Made by a program: the position numbers and the translations under genes. Under the pieces are notes generated by a model. It searched no databases, was not told the DNA's origin, and saw only the letters and a program-made list of their open reading frames with translations. A stretch of 64,000 bases of DNA, taken from a bacterium. GTDB taxonomy: Bacteria; Patescibacteriota; Microgenomatia; UBA1400; UBA12108. The stretch is taken from the NCBI GenBank assembly GCA_043827085.1, contig JBDRPO010000004.1, positions 2,847 through 66,846 of the forward strand, written 5' to 3'. Positions 47,798 through 56,735 of the stretch are shown here, one piece after another; position 1 is the first letter of the stretch, and every line of letters begins with the position of its first letter.

Positions 47798-48751
47798 ATG
47801 GAGCTCACTACCCTTACTCTAGTTATCGTCTTTTTCCTCCTGGGATTCATGCTCCTCATCCTCAAATTTTTCCGCGACGACCTCCACTCCCTTCGCTCCT
47901 CCATGGACTCGACCAAAGACACCATCAACTCTAGTCTGGCGGTCAATACCAAAGACATTAACGATCGCCTACTTCGTGCCACCGAGGTAATCGGCGATCT
48001 AAAAAAGGAAGCAGGGGCTTTTTCTGAGGTCAGCCGTAGCATGAAAGATCTCCACGACTATCTTCGCTCCCCAAAGTTGCGGGGAAATATCGGCGAAATG
48101 GTCCTCAAAGACCTGATCAGCCAGATCTTCCCCAAGAGCTCGTATCGTCTCCAACACGCTTTCAAATCCGGGGACAAAGTCGACGCCGTGATCACGACCG
48201 ATGCGGGCCTCCTCCCCATCGACTCCAAGTTTCCCATGGAAAACTTTCAGAAAATGATGTCCACCGTAGCTCCTGCCGAGCAAGACCCACTCCGCAACAC
48301 CTTTGCCCGCGACATTCGTGCTCACGTGACCGCAATCAGCAAAAAATACATTCTGCCAGAGGAGAACACGCTCGACTTTGCCCTCATGTATATCCCTTCC
48401 GAGTCTGTTTTCTACGAGGTCGCCAGCTCCGAAGATCTAATGGAGTTTGCGCGGGGCAGTCGTGTCTACCCCGTCTCTCCCAATACCTTGTACGCCGCCC
48501 TCCAAACCATCCTCTTGTCCTTCGAAGGCAAAAAGATCGAATCGCAAGCCAAAGAAGTTTTTAAACTCATGCGCGGCATCACCAAAGACTTCGGCAAAAC
48601 CACTGATAGTTTGACCACCTTGGGTGGACACCTCACCAACGCCTACAATAAATTTTCTGATGTCCAATCTCACTTCAACCAAATCACCCAAAAGCTCAGT
48701 TCCACTCGCGAATTGACTGGTGGCGACGACAAAAAATTACTCGACGAATAG
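47798..48751 (+). CDS. rmuC: DNA recombination protein RmuC
   Basis: N-terminal TM/coiled-coil and a C-terminal RmuC nuclease-like core (GNIGEMVLKDLISQIF...DAVITTDAGLLPIDSKFP). Confidence 0.8.
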   Translation: MELTTLTLVIVFFLLGFMLLILKFFRDDLHSLRSSMDSTKDTINSSLAVNTKDINDRLLRATEVIGDLKKEAGAFSEVSRSMKDLHDYLRSPKLRGNIGEMVLKDLISQIFPKSSYRLQHAFKSGDKVDAVITTDAGLLPIDSKFPMENFQKMMSTVAPAEQDPLRNTFARDIRAHVTAISKKYILPEENTLDFALMYIPSESVFYEVASSEDLMEFARGSRVYPVSPNTLYAALQTILLSFEGKKIESQAKEVFKLMRGITKDFGKTTDSLTTLGGHLTNAYNKFSDVQSHFNQITQKLSSTRELTGGDDKKLLDE

Positions 48752-48787
48752 TCATTACTCTAATTATTCGAATAATCGAAGTATTGA

Positions 48788-51700
48788 ATGAAAAAACCAA
48801 CTAAAAACCTCGCATTTAAAAAAGCCTACAAAGCACTCAATGCCGAGCAGAAAAAAGCCGTGGACACAATCGACGGCCCAGTCATGCTCATCGCCGGCCC
48901 CGGCACCGGCAAGACCCAAACTCTCGCGCTCCGCATCGCCAACATTCTCAAGAACACCGACACTCCCGCCTCCAGTATTCTCGCTCTCACTTTTACCGAG
49001 TCCGGCGCCCGCGCTATGCACGCGAGGCTAATCAACATGATTGGTGCGGAGGCCTACTACGCCCACATCTCCACTTTCCACGCTTTCTGTATAGAAATCA
49101 TCAAAGACAACCCCGATCACTTCACCCTGAACCCCAATCTCGAACCTCTTTCGGATCTAGAGAAACTCAAAATTATCTATGAGCTAATCGACACTACGCC
49201 ACTCAAATATTTGCGCCCCGTGGGTGCCCCCCGTCTCTACGTCAAAGCTATCCTAGGAGCGATCAGCGATCTAAAGCGTGAAAGTGTTTCGGTCGACGAG
49301 TTTGAAGAATTGCTCAGAGCTGAAGAAATACTACTAAATTCGGATGATGCCAAAGATCTCAAGAAAGTTGAACTGACTAAGCGGCTTCACAATCTCGCCA
49401 AAAATAAAGAGTTGAATATCCTCTATGGCAAATACCAGGCTCAGCTCAAAAAACTTGAAACATTTGATTTTGAAGATATGATCTCCACGGTCGTAGCGGC
49501 ATTCAAGACAGATGGTGATCTGCTTCGTTCCTGTCAGGAAAAATATCTCTATATTTTAGTTGACGAATATCAGGACACCAACTCCGCTCAAAACGAACTC
49601 ATCCTTGCCCTGTCGAGTTACTGGGGAGATAACGCAAATATTTTTGTCACCGGCGATCCAGACCAGTCCATCATGCGTTTCCAAGGCGCCTCAATCGAAA
49701 ATCAACTTTCTTTCATTAAAGTGTATCCCAAAGCTACCGTGATCACGCTTCATGCTAACTATCGTAGCTCCCAAACAATATTGGATGTCGCAGACTCCCT
49801 CATCTCTCACAACAATCTCAGGATTAGCGACGTGGTCCCAAGTGTCGATACCCACTTAATTTCGCAATGTGGCAAAGGGGAGTCAATCGGACTAGCCGAG
49901 CTCTCTGGCAGTACCGCCGAAACGGTTTTCATTGCAGAAGATATCAAGCGCAAAATAAAAGGCAGAGTTAGTCCCACAGATATCGCGGTCATCTACCACA
50001 CCAACAAAGAGTCCATGATTATCGCCGACACCCTAGTCAAATACGGTCTCGACTACACCGTGCAAGGTGGAGCCAATATTCTCGCCGACCCGACCGTACG
50101 CAATTTTATTAAAATCTTAAAAGTCATTTATAAAATGCGCGATAGCGACGACGACGAAGATCTCTTTACCATTCTCCATTATGATATTTTTCATATCGAC
50201 CCCCTCGACGTTTTAAAAATCTCACGCTTGGCCGGGGTCAAGCGACTGAGTTTGTTTGATGTCATCGCAAGTCCAGAATTATTAAATTCACTTGACCTCG
50301 CAACTAGAGCCCAAATCAACACGACTATTACCTCGCTCGGTGTCTGGCAAGCACTGGACGCCAGTACTACCTTCAGCGAGTTTTTTGAAAAAGTCTTAAA
50401 CGAGTCAGGCTACCTCACCTGGGTTTTGGGACAGTCAGATGCACACCACCGCCTCGCTCGCCTCAATACTTTGTTCGACGAAGTCAAACGGATGAATCGC
50501 TCCGATCACGCCCTTGATCTCAAAGGTTTTATCGAGAATCTGCATATTATGGAAGACAACAATTTACGGCTCGAAGAATCGACTTATGGTGTTAGTCGTG
50601 ATGCTATCACGCTCACGACCGCGCACAAGAGCAAAGGTCTCGAATGGGAGCATGTCTATATCTATCGTGCGATCGACAAAGGGTGGGGCAACAACAAAAA
50701 GCCGGAGAAAATCACCCTCCCCGATGGCGTCTTAAAACACGTCAAGTTATCCGACAAAGAAAAAAATGAAGATGAGCGGAGGCTTTTCTACGTGGCTGCT
50801 ACCCGCGCCAAGTCAGAGCTCACGATCACCTATGCCGATTCTTATTCTAGCTATGGCACCTCCCGTGAAGCCGTCCCCACCATGTTTATTTCTGAGTTAG
50901 GCCTGCCCACCACAGCTTCTCGCGACAGCGGGATGCGGGCGGGAGACAGTCCTTTAAAAAAGCTCGACGTGCAAGCCGTCGAAAATGAAGCACACAAACA
51001 TATCGAAACTCTCCTTACCTCTCCAACAAGTAGCAATTATTCGCAAGCTGAAGAGGCTTTTCTCCAGGACATCGCCGACAATTACAAACTCTCCGCCACT
51101 TCGCTCAACTCTTATCTCTTTTGTGCTTACAAATTTAAGCTCGACAAATTGCTGAGAGTCCCGCACGCGAAAAAGTCTCACCTCGCCTTTGGTACTGCCG
51201 TCCACTCTGCTCTCGAGAATTTTTACACAAAGTTCAAAGATGAAGGTGTTGCTCCCGGCAAAGAGTATTTACTCTCCGAGTTTGCACGCGCGCTAAGTTC
51301 AGCCGTCATTACCAAGGCCGATTTATCTATCTTCCAGGCCAAGGGTAGGGAAGTCCTCTCCGCCTACTTCGATTTAAACGCCACTAGTTTTACCCTTCCC
51401 CTAGCGACAGAAAAAAATATTTCCGCGCATCTCGGGGATATCGAGATCTCCGGCAAACTCGATCGCCTCGAGTGGTCAAACAAAGAGGTTAAACTCGTCC
51501 GCGTCATCGACTACAAAACTGGCAGTCCCAAAACGATGGGGAAGATAGAGGGCACCACCAAGAATAGCGATGGTGATTTACAGCGCCAACTAGAGTTTTA
51601 CAAACTTCTCATCGATTCGGGTCCTGGGTTAAATTACAAATTTGGCGAGGCCATGTTCGATTTTGTGGAAGAACCACTCGACAAGGGTAAGGACGGCAAA

Positions 51701-51871
51701 CGCCATATCCTCGTCACTGACAAACAAGTCAACGATCTAAGATCTATGATCTATCAAACTATGAAAGATATCCGCTCGCTCCACTTCCCCCGCACGACTA
51801 ACTACAAAGCCTGCGCCAAATGCGCCTTCGCCGACCACTGCTACCCAGACGGTATTCTTACCAACCTCTAG
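48788..51871 (+). CDS. AddA-like single-chain helicase-nuclease: UvrD/PcrA superfamily-1 helicase fused to a C-terminal PD-(D/E)xK nuclease with a Cas4/AddB-type Cys cluster
   Basis: Walker A GPGTGKTQT, helicase motifs through motif VI, then a nuclease core (IDYKTGSPK; D...E.K) with C...CAKCAFADHC (C-x2-C-x5-C plus one upstream Cys). Confidence 0.8.
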   Translation: MKKPTKNLAFKKAYKALNAEQKKAVDTIDGPVMLIAGPGTGKTQTLALRIANILKNTDTPASSILALTFTESGARAMHARLINMIGAEAYYAHISTFHAFCIEIIKDNPDHFTLNPNLEPLSDLEKLKIIYELIDTTPLKYLRPVGAPRLYVKAILGAISDLKRESVSVDEFEELLRAEEILLNSDDAKDLKKVELTKRLHNLAKNKELNILYGKYQAQLKKLETFDFEDMISTVVAAFKTDGDLLRSCQEKYLYILVDEYQDTNSAQNELILALSSYWGDNANIFVTGDPDQSIMRFQGASIENQLSFIKVYPKATVITLHANYRSSQTILDVADSLISHNNLRISDVVPSVDTHLISQCGKGESIGLAELSGSTAETVFIAEDIKRKIKGRVSPTDIAVIYHTNKESMIIADTLVKYGLDYTVQGGANILADPTVRNFIKILKVIYKMRDSDDDEDLFTILHYDIFHIDPLDVLKISRLAGVKRLSLFDVIASPELLNSLDLATRAQINTTITSLGVWQALDASTTFSEFFEKVLNESGYLTWVLGQSDAHHRLARLNTLFDEVKRMNRSDHALDLKGFIENLHIMEDNNLRLEESTYGVSRDAITLTTAHKSKGLEWEHVYIYRAIDKGWGNNKKPEKITLPDGVLKHVKLSDKEKNEDERRLFYVAATRAKSELTITYADSYSSYGTSREAVPTMFISELGLPTTASRDSGMRAGDSPLKKLDVQAVENEAHKHIETLLTSPTSSNYSQAEEAFLQDIADNYKLSATSLNSYLFCAYKFKLDKLLRVPHAKKSHLAFGTAVHSALENFYTKFKDEGVAPGKEYLLSEFARALSSAVITKADLSIFQAKGREVLSAYFDLNATSFTLPLATEKNISAHLGDIEISGKLDRLEWSNKEVKLVRVIDYKTGSPKTMGKIEGTTKNSDGDLQRQLEFYKLLIDSGPGLNYKFGEAMFDFVEEPLDKGKDGKRHILVTDKQVNDLRSMIYQTMKDIRSLHFPRTTNYKACAKCAFADHCYPDGILTNL

Positions 51872-51934
51872 TATAATAACAGGAGTTACGCACTCTCCCC
51901 TCAATTAGTTTGATTTGACAATTCATTACAGGAG

Positions 51935-52582
51935 TTACGCACCCGCCATTAGTATCCCTTCATAATGTTTGATTCGGTTGTATCCCCAGCTCTGGTTGAA
52001 GATAAACTTTTCTTTGAGGGAATAGAGGGTTTCTGTGGTGTGTCTCTCCTTCTGCAAAATCAGGTAGCTCACACAGATACATAAGAGGTGCTTTTCTTGT
52101 GCCCTGGTTGATCTCGCCTGACATTCGGCAAAGTGGAGTTCTTGCTTGAGAAAACGGAAGACATCCTCAATGCACCACCGCTTTAGATACTCTTTGGGAA
52201 TATCTTCTTTTGTGAGGGATAAATCGTTGGTGCCCAGATACCGATGGTCGTACTTAACCACCTTGATCTTGCACTGCTCGCCGATATATCCAGTTGTTTG
52301 ATCACCTTCCTCAGTTAAGTCCTCATCCAGTCGACACCCGTTCACAACTCGATTCTTTTTGATTCTCCCCACCCAAGTCCAGCCATATGAGTCAAGGAGA
52401 TTGACGACCTCATCAGCCACATAAAAGGCATCCATCAGAACTCGCTGGGGATGAATACACCAGACCACTTTCACTTCCCGAAGCAGGGACTTGGCAAACT
52501 CAATCTTGGTTTTGTAGTGCTTGCGGTACCACCGCCAACACAGGGGAATCGTGACTTTCCCATTGCTCCACACGACCATCAC
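51935..52582 (-). CDS. IS transposase, C-terminal ORF (orfB) with DDE/RW..IE..F..LK signature
   Basis: LKRWCIEDVFRFLKQEL is the C-terminal signature of IS4/IS5/IS701-type DDE transposases. Confidence 0.65.
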   Translation of the reverse strand: MMVVWSNGKVTIPLCWRWYRKHYKTKIEFAKSLLREVKVVWCIHPQRVLMDAFYVADEVVNLLDSYGWTWVGRIKKNRVVNGCRLDEDLTEEGDQTTGYIGEQCKIKVVKYDHRYLGTNDLSLTKEDIPKEYLKRWCIEDVFRFLKQELHFAECQARSTRAQEKHLLCICVSYLILQKERHTTETLYSLKEKFIFNQSWGYNRIKHYEGILMAGA

Positions 52583-52917
52583 TAGGTTGTATCCAAAGAC
52601 ATGGAACTTTTGACATGAGTCATAAACCCAGCAGGCTTGGGAAATACTTTTCCAAATGGCTTAGCCAGTACCGTATCATCAATCGCTATCCACCCCGATC
52701 CCCCGAGCATGCCAAATAGGTGCACCACGACAAAACGATACCAACTCCTCCAGGAGAAGGACGAGGTCAAAAACCTAGTCAAGGCGTCATGGGAATAGCC
52801 AAACTGACGAAACAAGGAAGTAGTAGTGACCTTCTTCCCTTGCAATAATCCGCGAATGTAGCATACTAATGGGGCAGGCATAGTGATCCTTTCTGATATT
52901 CTAAGTACCAGAAACAC
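52582..52917 (-). CDS. IS transposase, N-terminal ORF (orfA)
   Basis: Contains IAIDDT (first catalytic Asp region). Ends one nucleotide into the start of orfB in another frame, indicating a programmed frameshift or an inactivating mutation. Confidence 0.65.
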   Translation of the reverse strand: MFLVLRISERITMPAPLVCYIRGLLQGKKVTTTSLFRQFGYSHDALTRFLTSSFSWRSWYRFVVVHLFGMLGGSGWIAIDDTVLAKPFGKVFPKPAGFMTHVKSSMSLDTT

Positions 52918-53187
52918 TATGCCTGCTTCACTAATGAATTGTCAAATCAAACTAATTGAGGGGAGAGTGCGTAACTCCTGAAAAAAAGAACTAGAAAATA
53001 AGCTAAAAGAGATAAGATGGAATCCAAAAAATAGTCATTAAATTCCACCCCAGGTGTATTTCCACTTCGCCTGCGGCTTCGGGCGGACTCAGCAGCTTTG
53101 TATTTTCAACACTTCGATTATTCGAATAATTAGAGTATCTCCTTTTTTTACATCTTGACTCTGTCTTGAAATAGTATATTACTACCC

Positions 53188-53460
53188 TTGTCATTTATTA
53201 TCGGACTAAACAATATGTGTCATACCGCAGATCAAATTACTTGGGTAGCAAAACAACTAGGTTTCAAGGACTTTCAATGTCAGAGGGAAAATGAATGTAA
53301 TGAAGAAAGTTGTCTCCTATGCGCCGATTTGGGTTTTACCCATGAAGAAATCATTACAATTACCAATTATCTTCAAGGACAACGGCAGATAGTCAGATTT
53401 GACGATATCGCAGTTCAAGCCAACTCGGTTGATTACACCCCGGGTGTGTCAGCCTTTTAG
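53188..53460 (+). CDS. Hypothetical Cys-rich small protein
   Basis: 90-aa ORF; no recognised motif. Confidence 0.25.
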   Translation: MSFIIGLNNMCHTADQITWVAKQLGFKDFQCQRENECNEESCLLCADLGFTHEEIITITNYLQGQRQIVRFDDIAVQANSVDYTPGVSAF

Positions 53461-53501
53461 TTTAGTCAAGGTCTGACCTTGCAGGGTGATAAACTACAAA
53501 T

Positions 53502-54212
53502 ATGCCCCTGCAAAAACTCCTCACCCATTTAGACAAGCAAAAAGACCCAGAGCGGGCAGCCAATCTCGCGCGATTTTTCAAAACGGGGGCAGGGCAGTAC
53601 GGCGAAGGCGACAAGTTTGTAGGACTCAAAGTGCCCGAGCTCCGTGAGGCCGTAAAGCTATATTGGCAAAACCTCACCCTCCTCGATCTTAAGGAATTGC
53701 TTCGCAGTCCCTACCACGAATATCGCCTCGCCGGTCTCTTGGTTTTAGTCAAAAAATACGAGAAGGGGAGACCCGCCGAGCAGAAAAAGATCTATGATTT
53801 CTACCTCGCTCACCTGGACCGTATCAACAACTGGGATTTGGTCGATCTCTCCGCCCCCAACATTGTGGGCGACTATCTCTTCACCCATCCCCGCAAACTA
53901 CTATACAAATATGTTTGGTCAAGTAATCTTTGGCACCGCCGGATCGCAGTTTTGTCCACTTTTACCTTTATTCGCGAGCACGACTTCACCGACTCACTAA
54001 AACTTGCCGAGCTTCTCCTCGCCGACCCTCATGACCTCATCCACAAAGCCGTCGGGTGGATGCTCCGGGAAATCGGCAAGCGCGATCTACCCACCCTGAT
54101 CTCATTTCTCGATGCTCACGCCACTGTCATGCCCCGCACCATGCTCCGCTACGCTATCGAAAAATTGTCTCCCGCTGCGCGGCAGAACTATCTGATACTA
54201 AAGAAACATTAA
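53502..54212 (+). CDS. DNA alkylation repair protein (AlkD/AlkC HEAT-like repeat glycosylase family)
   Basis: N-terminal LAREL...DPERAANLARFFKTG...GLKVPELR and an all-alpha repeat architecture typical of the PF08713 DNA_alkylation family. Confidence 0.7.
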   Translation: MPLQKLLTHLDKQKDPERAANLARFFKTGAGQYGEGDKFVGLKVPELREAVKLYWQNLTLLDLKELLRSPYHEYRLAGLLVLVKKYEKGRPAEQKKIYDFYLAHLDRINNWDLVDLSAPNIVGDYLFTHPRKLLYKYVWSSNLWHRRIAVLSTFTFIREHDFTDSLKLAELLLADPHDLIHKAVGWMLREIGKRDLPTLISFLDAHATVMPRTMLRYAIEKLSPAARQNYLILKKH

Positions 54213-54237
54213 CCTGCAAGACCAGGCCTTGCAGGTA
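54213..54237. repeat. Hairpin repeat family E (CCTGCAAG-N-CTTGCAGG) immediately after the alkD-like stop
   Basis: Perfect 23-bp version CCTGCAAGGCCTGGCCTTGCAGG at 55821-55845. Half-copies at 53470-53490 and 44290-44300. Confidence 0.65.
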
Positions 54238-54254
54238 ACTGTATAATTACTCTC

Positions 54255-54458
54255 ATGACATACGCAAAATTTTGTGGACTAGCCAGTACCCCACTTACAC
54301 CAAAAGAATGGGCCTCAACCGACGGAACTCCTGCCACACCCGAAGAATTACAATGGCGCTTAGGTTACCAAGTCCTTCGTGCAATTAGACATAAGCGAGC
54401 CGGCATCCCCACACGCCAAGACCTCGAACTAATTGAAGAAAAACGAAAATTGTCGTAA
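54255..54458 (+). CDS. Hypothetical small protein
   Basis: 67-aa ORF only. Confidence 0.2.
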   Translation: MTYAKFCGLASTPLTPKEWASTDGTPATPEELQWRLGYQVLRAIRHKRAGIPTRQDLELIEEKRKLS

Positions 54459-54597
54459 CCAGAGATAATTACTGTCTAGCAAGATCCAAAGAACTAGCCG
54501 CAGATCGCACCAACGCTGACAAATACTTTCCCCTATAATCCCACATGATTATCGTCGAGCTACCAGCTCGCCAACTACTGGGGAGTATAATCAGCCC

Positions 54598-55035
54598 ATG
54601 TCCATTCCACGCCTCGCCCCTGACTTTACCCTCCTCGACCAAAATGGTCAGCCTCACTCCCTCCACGACTACCTCGGCAAATGGGTCGTCCTCTACTTTT
54701 ATCCCAAAGATGACACTCCCGGCTGCACCACCGAAGCCTGCAACTTCCGCGACTCATTTCGTGAGCTACAAAAACTAGGCATCGTAATCCTCGGTGTCTC
54801 CAAAGATTCTGTTGTAAGCCACGGTGAGTTCGCGAGTAAATACCAGCTCAACTTCCCGATATTATCCGACCCCGATCACAAAGTGATCGAGCAGTACGAC
54901 GCCCACTCCCTTCTCGGCACTCTCCGCATGACATATCTAATCAATTCCAAAGGCGAGATCGCGAAAGTCTACCCCCACGTCAACCCAACCGTTCATGCTG
55001 CTGAAATCCTGGCCGATCTTCCGACTCTAAAATAA
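54598..55035 (+). CDS. bcp: Thiol peroxidase Bcp (1-Cys/atypical 2-Cys peroxiredoxin)
   Basis: FYPKDDTPGCTTEAC peroxidatic Cys motif. Confidence 0.85.
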   Translation: MSIPRLAPDFTLLDQNGQPHSLHDYLGKWVVLYFYPKDDTPGCTTEACNFRDSFRELQKLGIVILGVSKDSVVSHGEFASKYQLNFPILSDPDHKVIEQYDAHSLLGTLRMTYLINSKGEIAKVYPHVNPTVHAAEILADLPTLK

Positions 55036-55103
55036 TATTTTACTAGTATATTGCTACACTTTGACCTCTTGGAATATTAGGCGATTACCTCATAATAATT
55101 ACT

Positions 55104-55421
55104 ATGGGTAGATTGCCTCCTCCAGATAGAAGAACATATACACCATTTTTAGATGGGGCTAGAAACGGTGATCCGCTTCAAGAACGTTTGTTTCGCATCG
55201 CAGTTTCTCACGGATATATTGACGTGTCTCAGACTACAAATTGTGACCCAGCCATGTTAACCGAACAAATAGGAAAATCATTATCACCAGCACAAATTAA
55301 TGCAATCATGGCTGAGCTTGCGGGAGAGGAAGAGTCAACAGTTCTACAAATAATCACTAATCCTAGAGTTTCGCAGTGGCTACCAGGTGGAAACAAATCT
55401 CGGGTAGCTAAGCATAAATGA
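55104..55421 (+). CDS. Hypothetical protein (AT-rich islet)
   Basis: ORF only. Confidence 0.25.
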   Translation: MGRLPPPDRRTYTPFLDGARNGDPLQERLFRIAVSHGYIDVSQTTNCDPAMLTEQIGKSLSPAQINAIMAELAGEEESTVLQIITNPRVSQWLPGGNKSRVAKHK

Positions 55422-55434
55422 ATTTCACTTCAAT

Positions 55435-55773
55435 TTAATCAGTAGGGAATTTCCATCCGCGCCGATACGCAGCAATAGTTCTCAGTTTTGCGATTTCGGA
55501 TAGTTCTGCTGCCCACTGAATTTTTTGATCTACAGTCGCGCCATTGTGCAACTTTCCCCAGTGAGCCCCTTTTTGGCATACAGAAATAATATTCTCTGGT
55601 ATATCCTCCTTGTCCTCAATATGGTGCACAGACATTTTGCCCCCACAAACATGCTCACCTGGGAATTTACACTCATGACCATCTCGGTCAAGAATGGCTC
55701 TTACTTGCTGAATCGTAATCAGCACAATGGGCAATATTAGAGACATCTCCGGCCCGGACATTATTTCGATCAT
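55435..55773 (-). CDS. HNH endonuclease
   Basis: RDGHECKFPGEHVCGGKMSVHHIE...NIISVCQKCH: an HNH beta-beta-alpha metal finger with paired Cys/His. Confidence 0.7.
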   Translation of the reverse strand: MIEIMSGPEMSLILPIVLITIQQVRAILDRDGHECKFPGEHVCGGKMSVHHIEDKEDIPENIISVCQKGAHWGKLHNGATVDQKIQWAAELSEIAKLRTIAAYRRGWKFPTD

Positions 55774-55846
55774 ATAAATATCTCAGGCAGAGCTATCTAA
55801 TCTTTATGCATTATACCAACCTGCAAGGCCTGGCCTTGCAGGCTAA

Positions 55847-56068
55847 TTATCCCTCCGCATTTCTATACAACAACTCCATGATAATCTCCAAAACTGGCCA
55901 TTCACCATTCTCGCTCTTATACATCACCACCCGCTCTCTAATTTTTGCCGCTTGAGCTACCTCTTTCCCTGCCTCTTTCACAGTAACCGGACCAGAAATA
56001 ATTATTCCACCACCCACTTCTTTACCCAAATAAATTCCCGGATTCTCGGCCCACAAAGAATAATCCAT
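55847..56068 (-). CDS. Hypothetical small protein
   Basis: ORF followed by the perfect family E hairpin, a likely terminator. Confidence 0.25.
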   Translation of the reverse strand: MDYSLWAENPGIYLGKEVGGGIIISGPVTVKEAGKEVAQAAKIRERVVMYKSENGEWPVLEIIMELLYRNAEG

Positions 56069-56217
56069 ATATACAATATATTACTCTTCCACTACGAGAC
56101 TTAGTTCTTGAAGATATCATGGGGGTAATATTGCTCTTATAAGATATGGTTTGTGGTCTTGCTACATCGTTCAGCATTTAGTTTAATTACCCTCGTTAGT
56201 TCTCTCTGCCCCAAGGA

Positions 56218-56454
56218 GTGTGTATGTATGAGTTCTTAAAAGCAGTCAAGGCTGAAGCAAAGAGAAAAGGTCTTGATCCTCATCTTGTAATGTGTCTGCT
56301 CCAAGGGATAGGTGGAATCTGCGATGGTACAAACTGTGTAGCTTTAGAAGTGACAGAACCAATGGATCCTGATACTCGTAAACAAACGGGTCAGGCAAAC
56401 TTAGATAAGTTTTACAATAAACTCGAAACTCGTCAAAATCTCCTTCAACGGTAG
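56218..56454 (+). CDS. Hypothetical small protein
   Basis: ORF only. Confidence 0.2.
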   Translation: MCMYEFLKAVKAEAKRKGLDPHLVMCLLQGIGGICDGTNCVALEVTEPMDPDTRKQTGQANLDKFYNKLETRQNLLQR

Positions 56455-56487
56455 TCCTCCTCTTGCCTCGACTAATAAAATATCCCT

Positions 56488-56721
56488 ATGGGAGCAAATG
56501 GGTTAGAATATTTCACAACGTATAGTCGAAGTGATAAGTGGTATCAATTATTTGACAGTAAACTACTTGTCAATAATGGAAGAGTTAGAGTAGATGGAGA
56601 TGGAGTCGTGCTGTGCGCGAAAGACCACATTAGGATGATTTATGACTTGGCTACGGGTGTGTATAAATGTCCATCTTGCTCAGCCAGCGCCGTTCGTATT
56701 CTAGTAGATGCTTTAGGGTAG
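56488..56721 (+). CDS. Hypothetical small protein with a possible C-x2-C zinc-ribbon element
   Basis: ORF only; CPSC motif. Confidence 0.2.
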   Translation: MGANGLEYFTTYSRSDKWYQLFDSKLLVNNGRVRVDGDGVVLCAKDHIRMIYDLATGVYKCPSCSASAVRILVDALG

Positions 56722-56735
56722 AGTAAACTTAAGCA

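Larger units (their letters stand above)
51880..52980. mobile_element. Insertion sequence (1101 bp) with perfect 49-bp terminal inverted repeats and a two-ORF DDE transposase (IS4/IS5-superfamily-like)
   Basis: Left end CAGGAGTTACGCACTCTCCCCTCAATTAGTTTGATTTGACAATTCATTA (51880-51928). Its exact reverse complement lies at 52932-52980. Inserted 8 bp after the helicase-nuclease stop. Confidence 0.85.
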
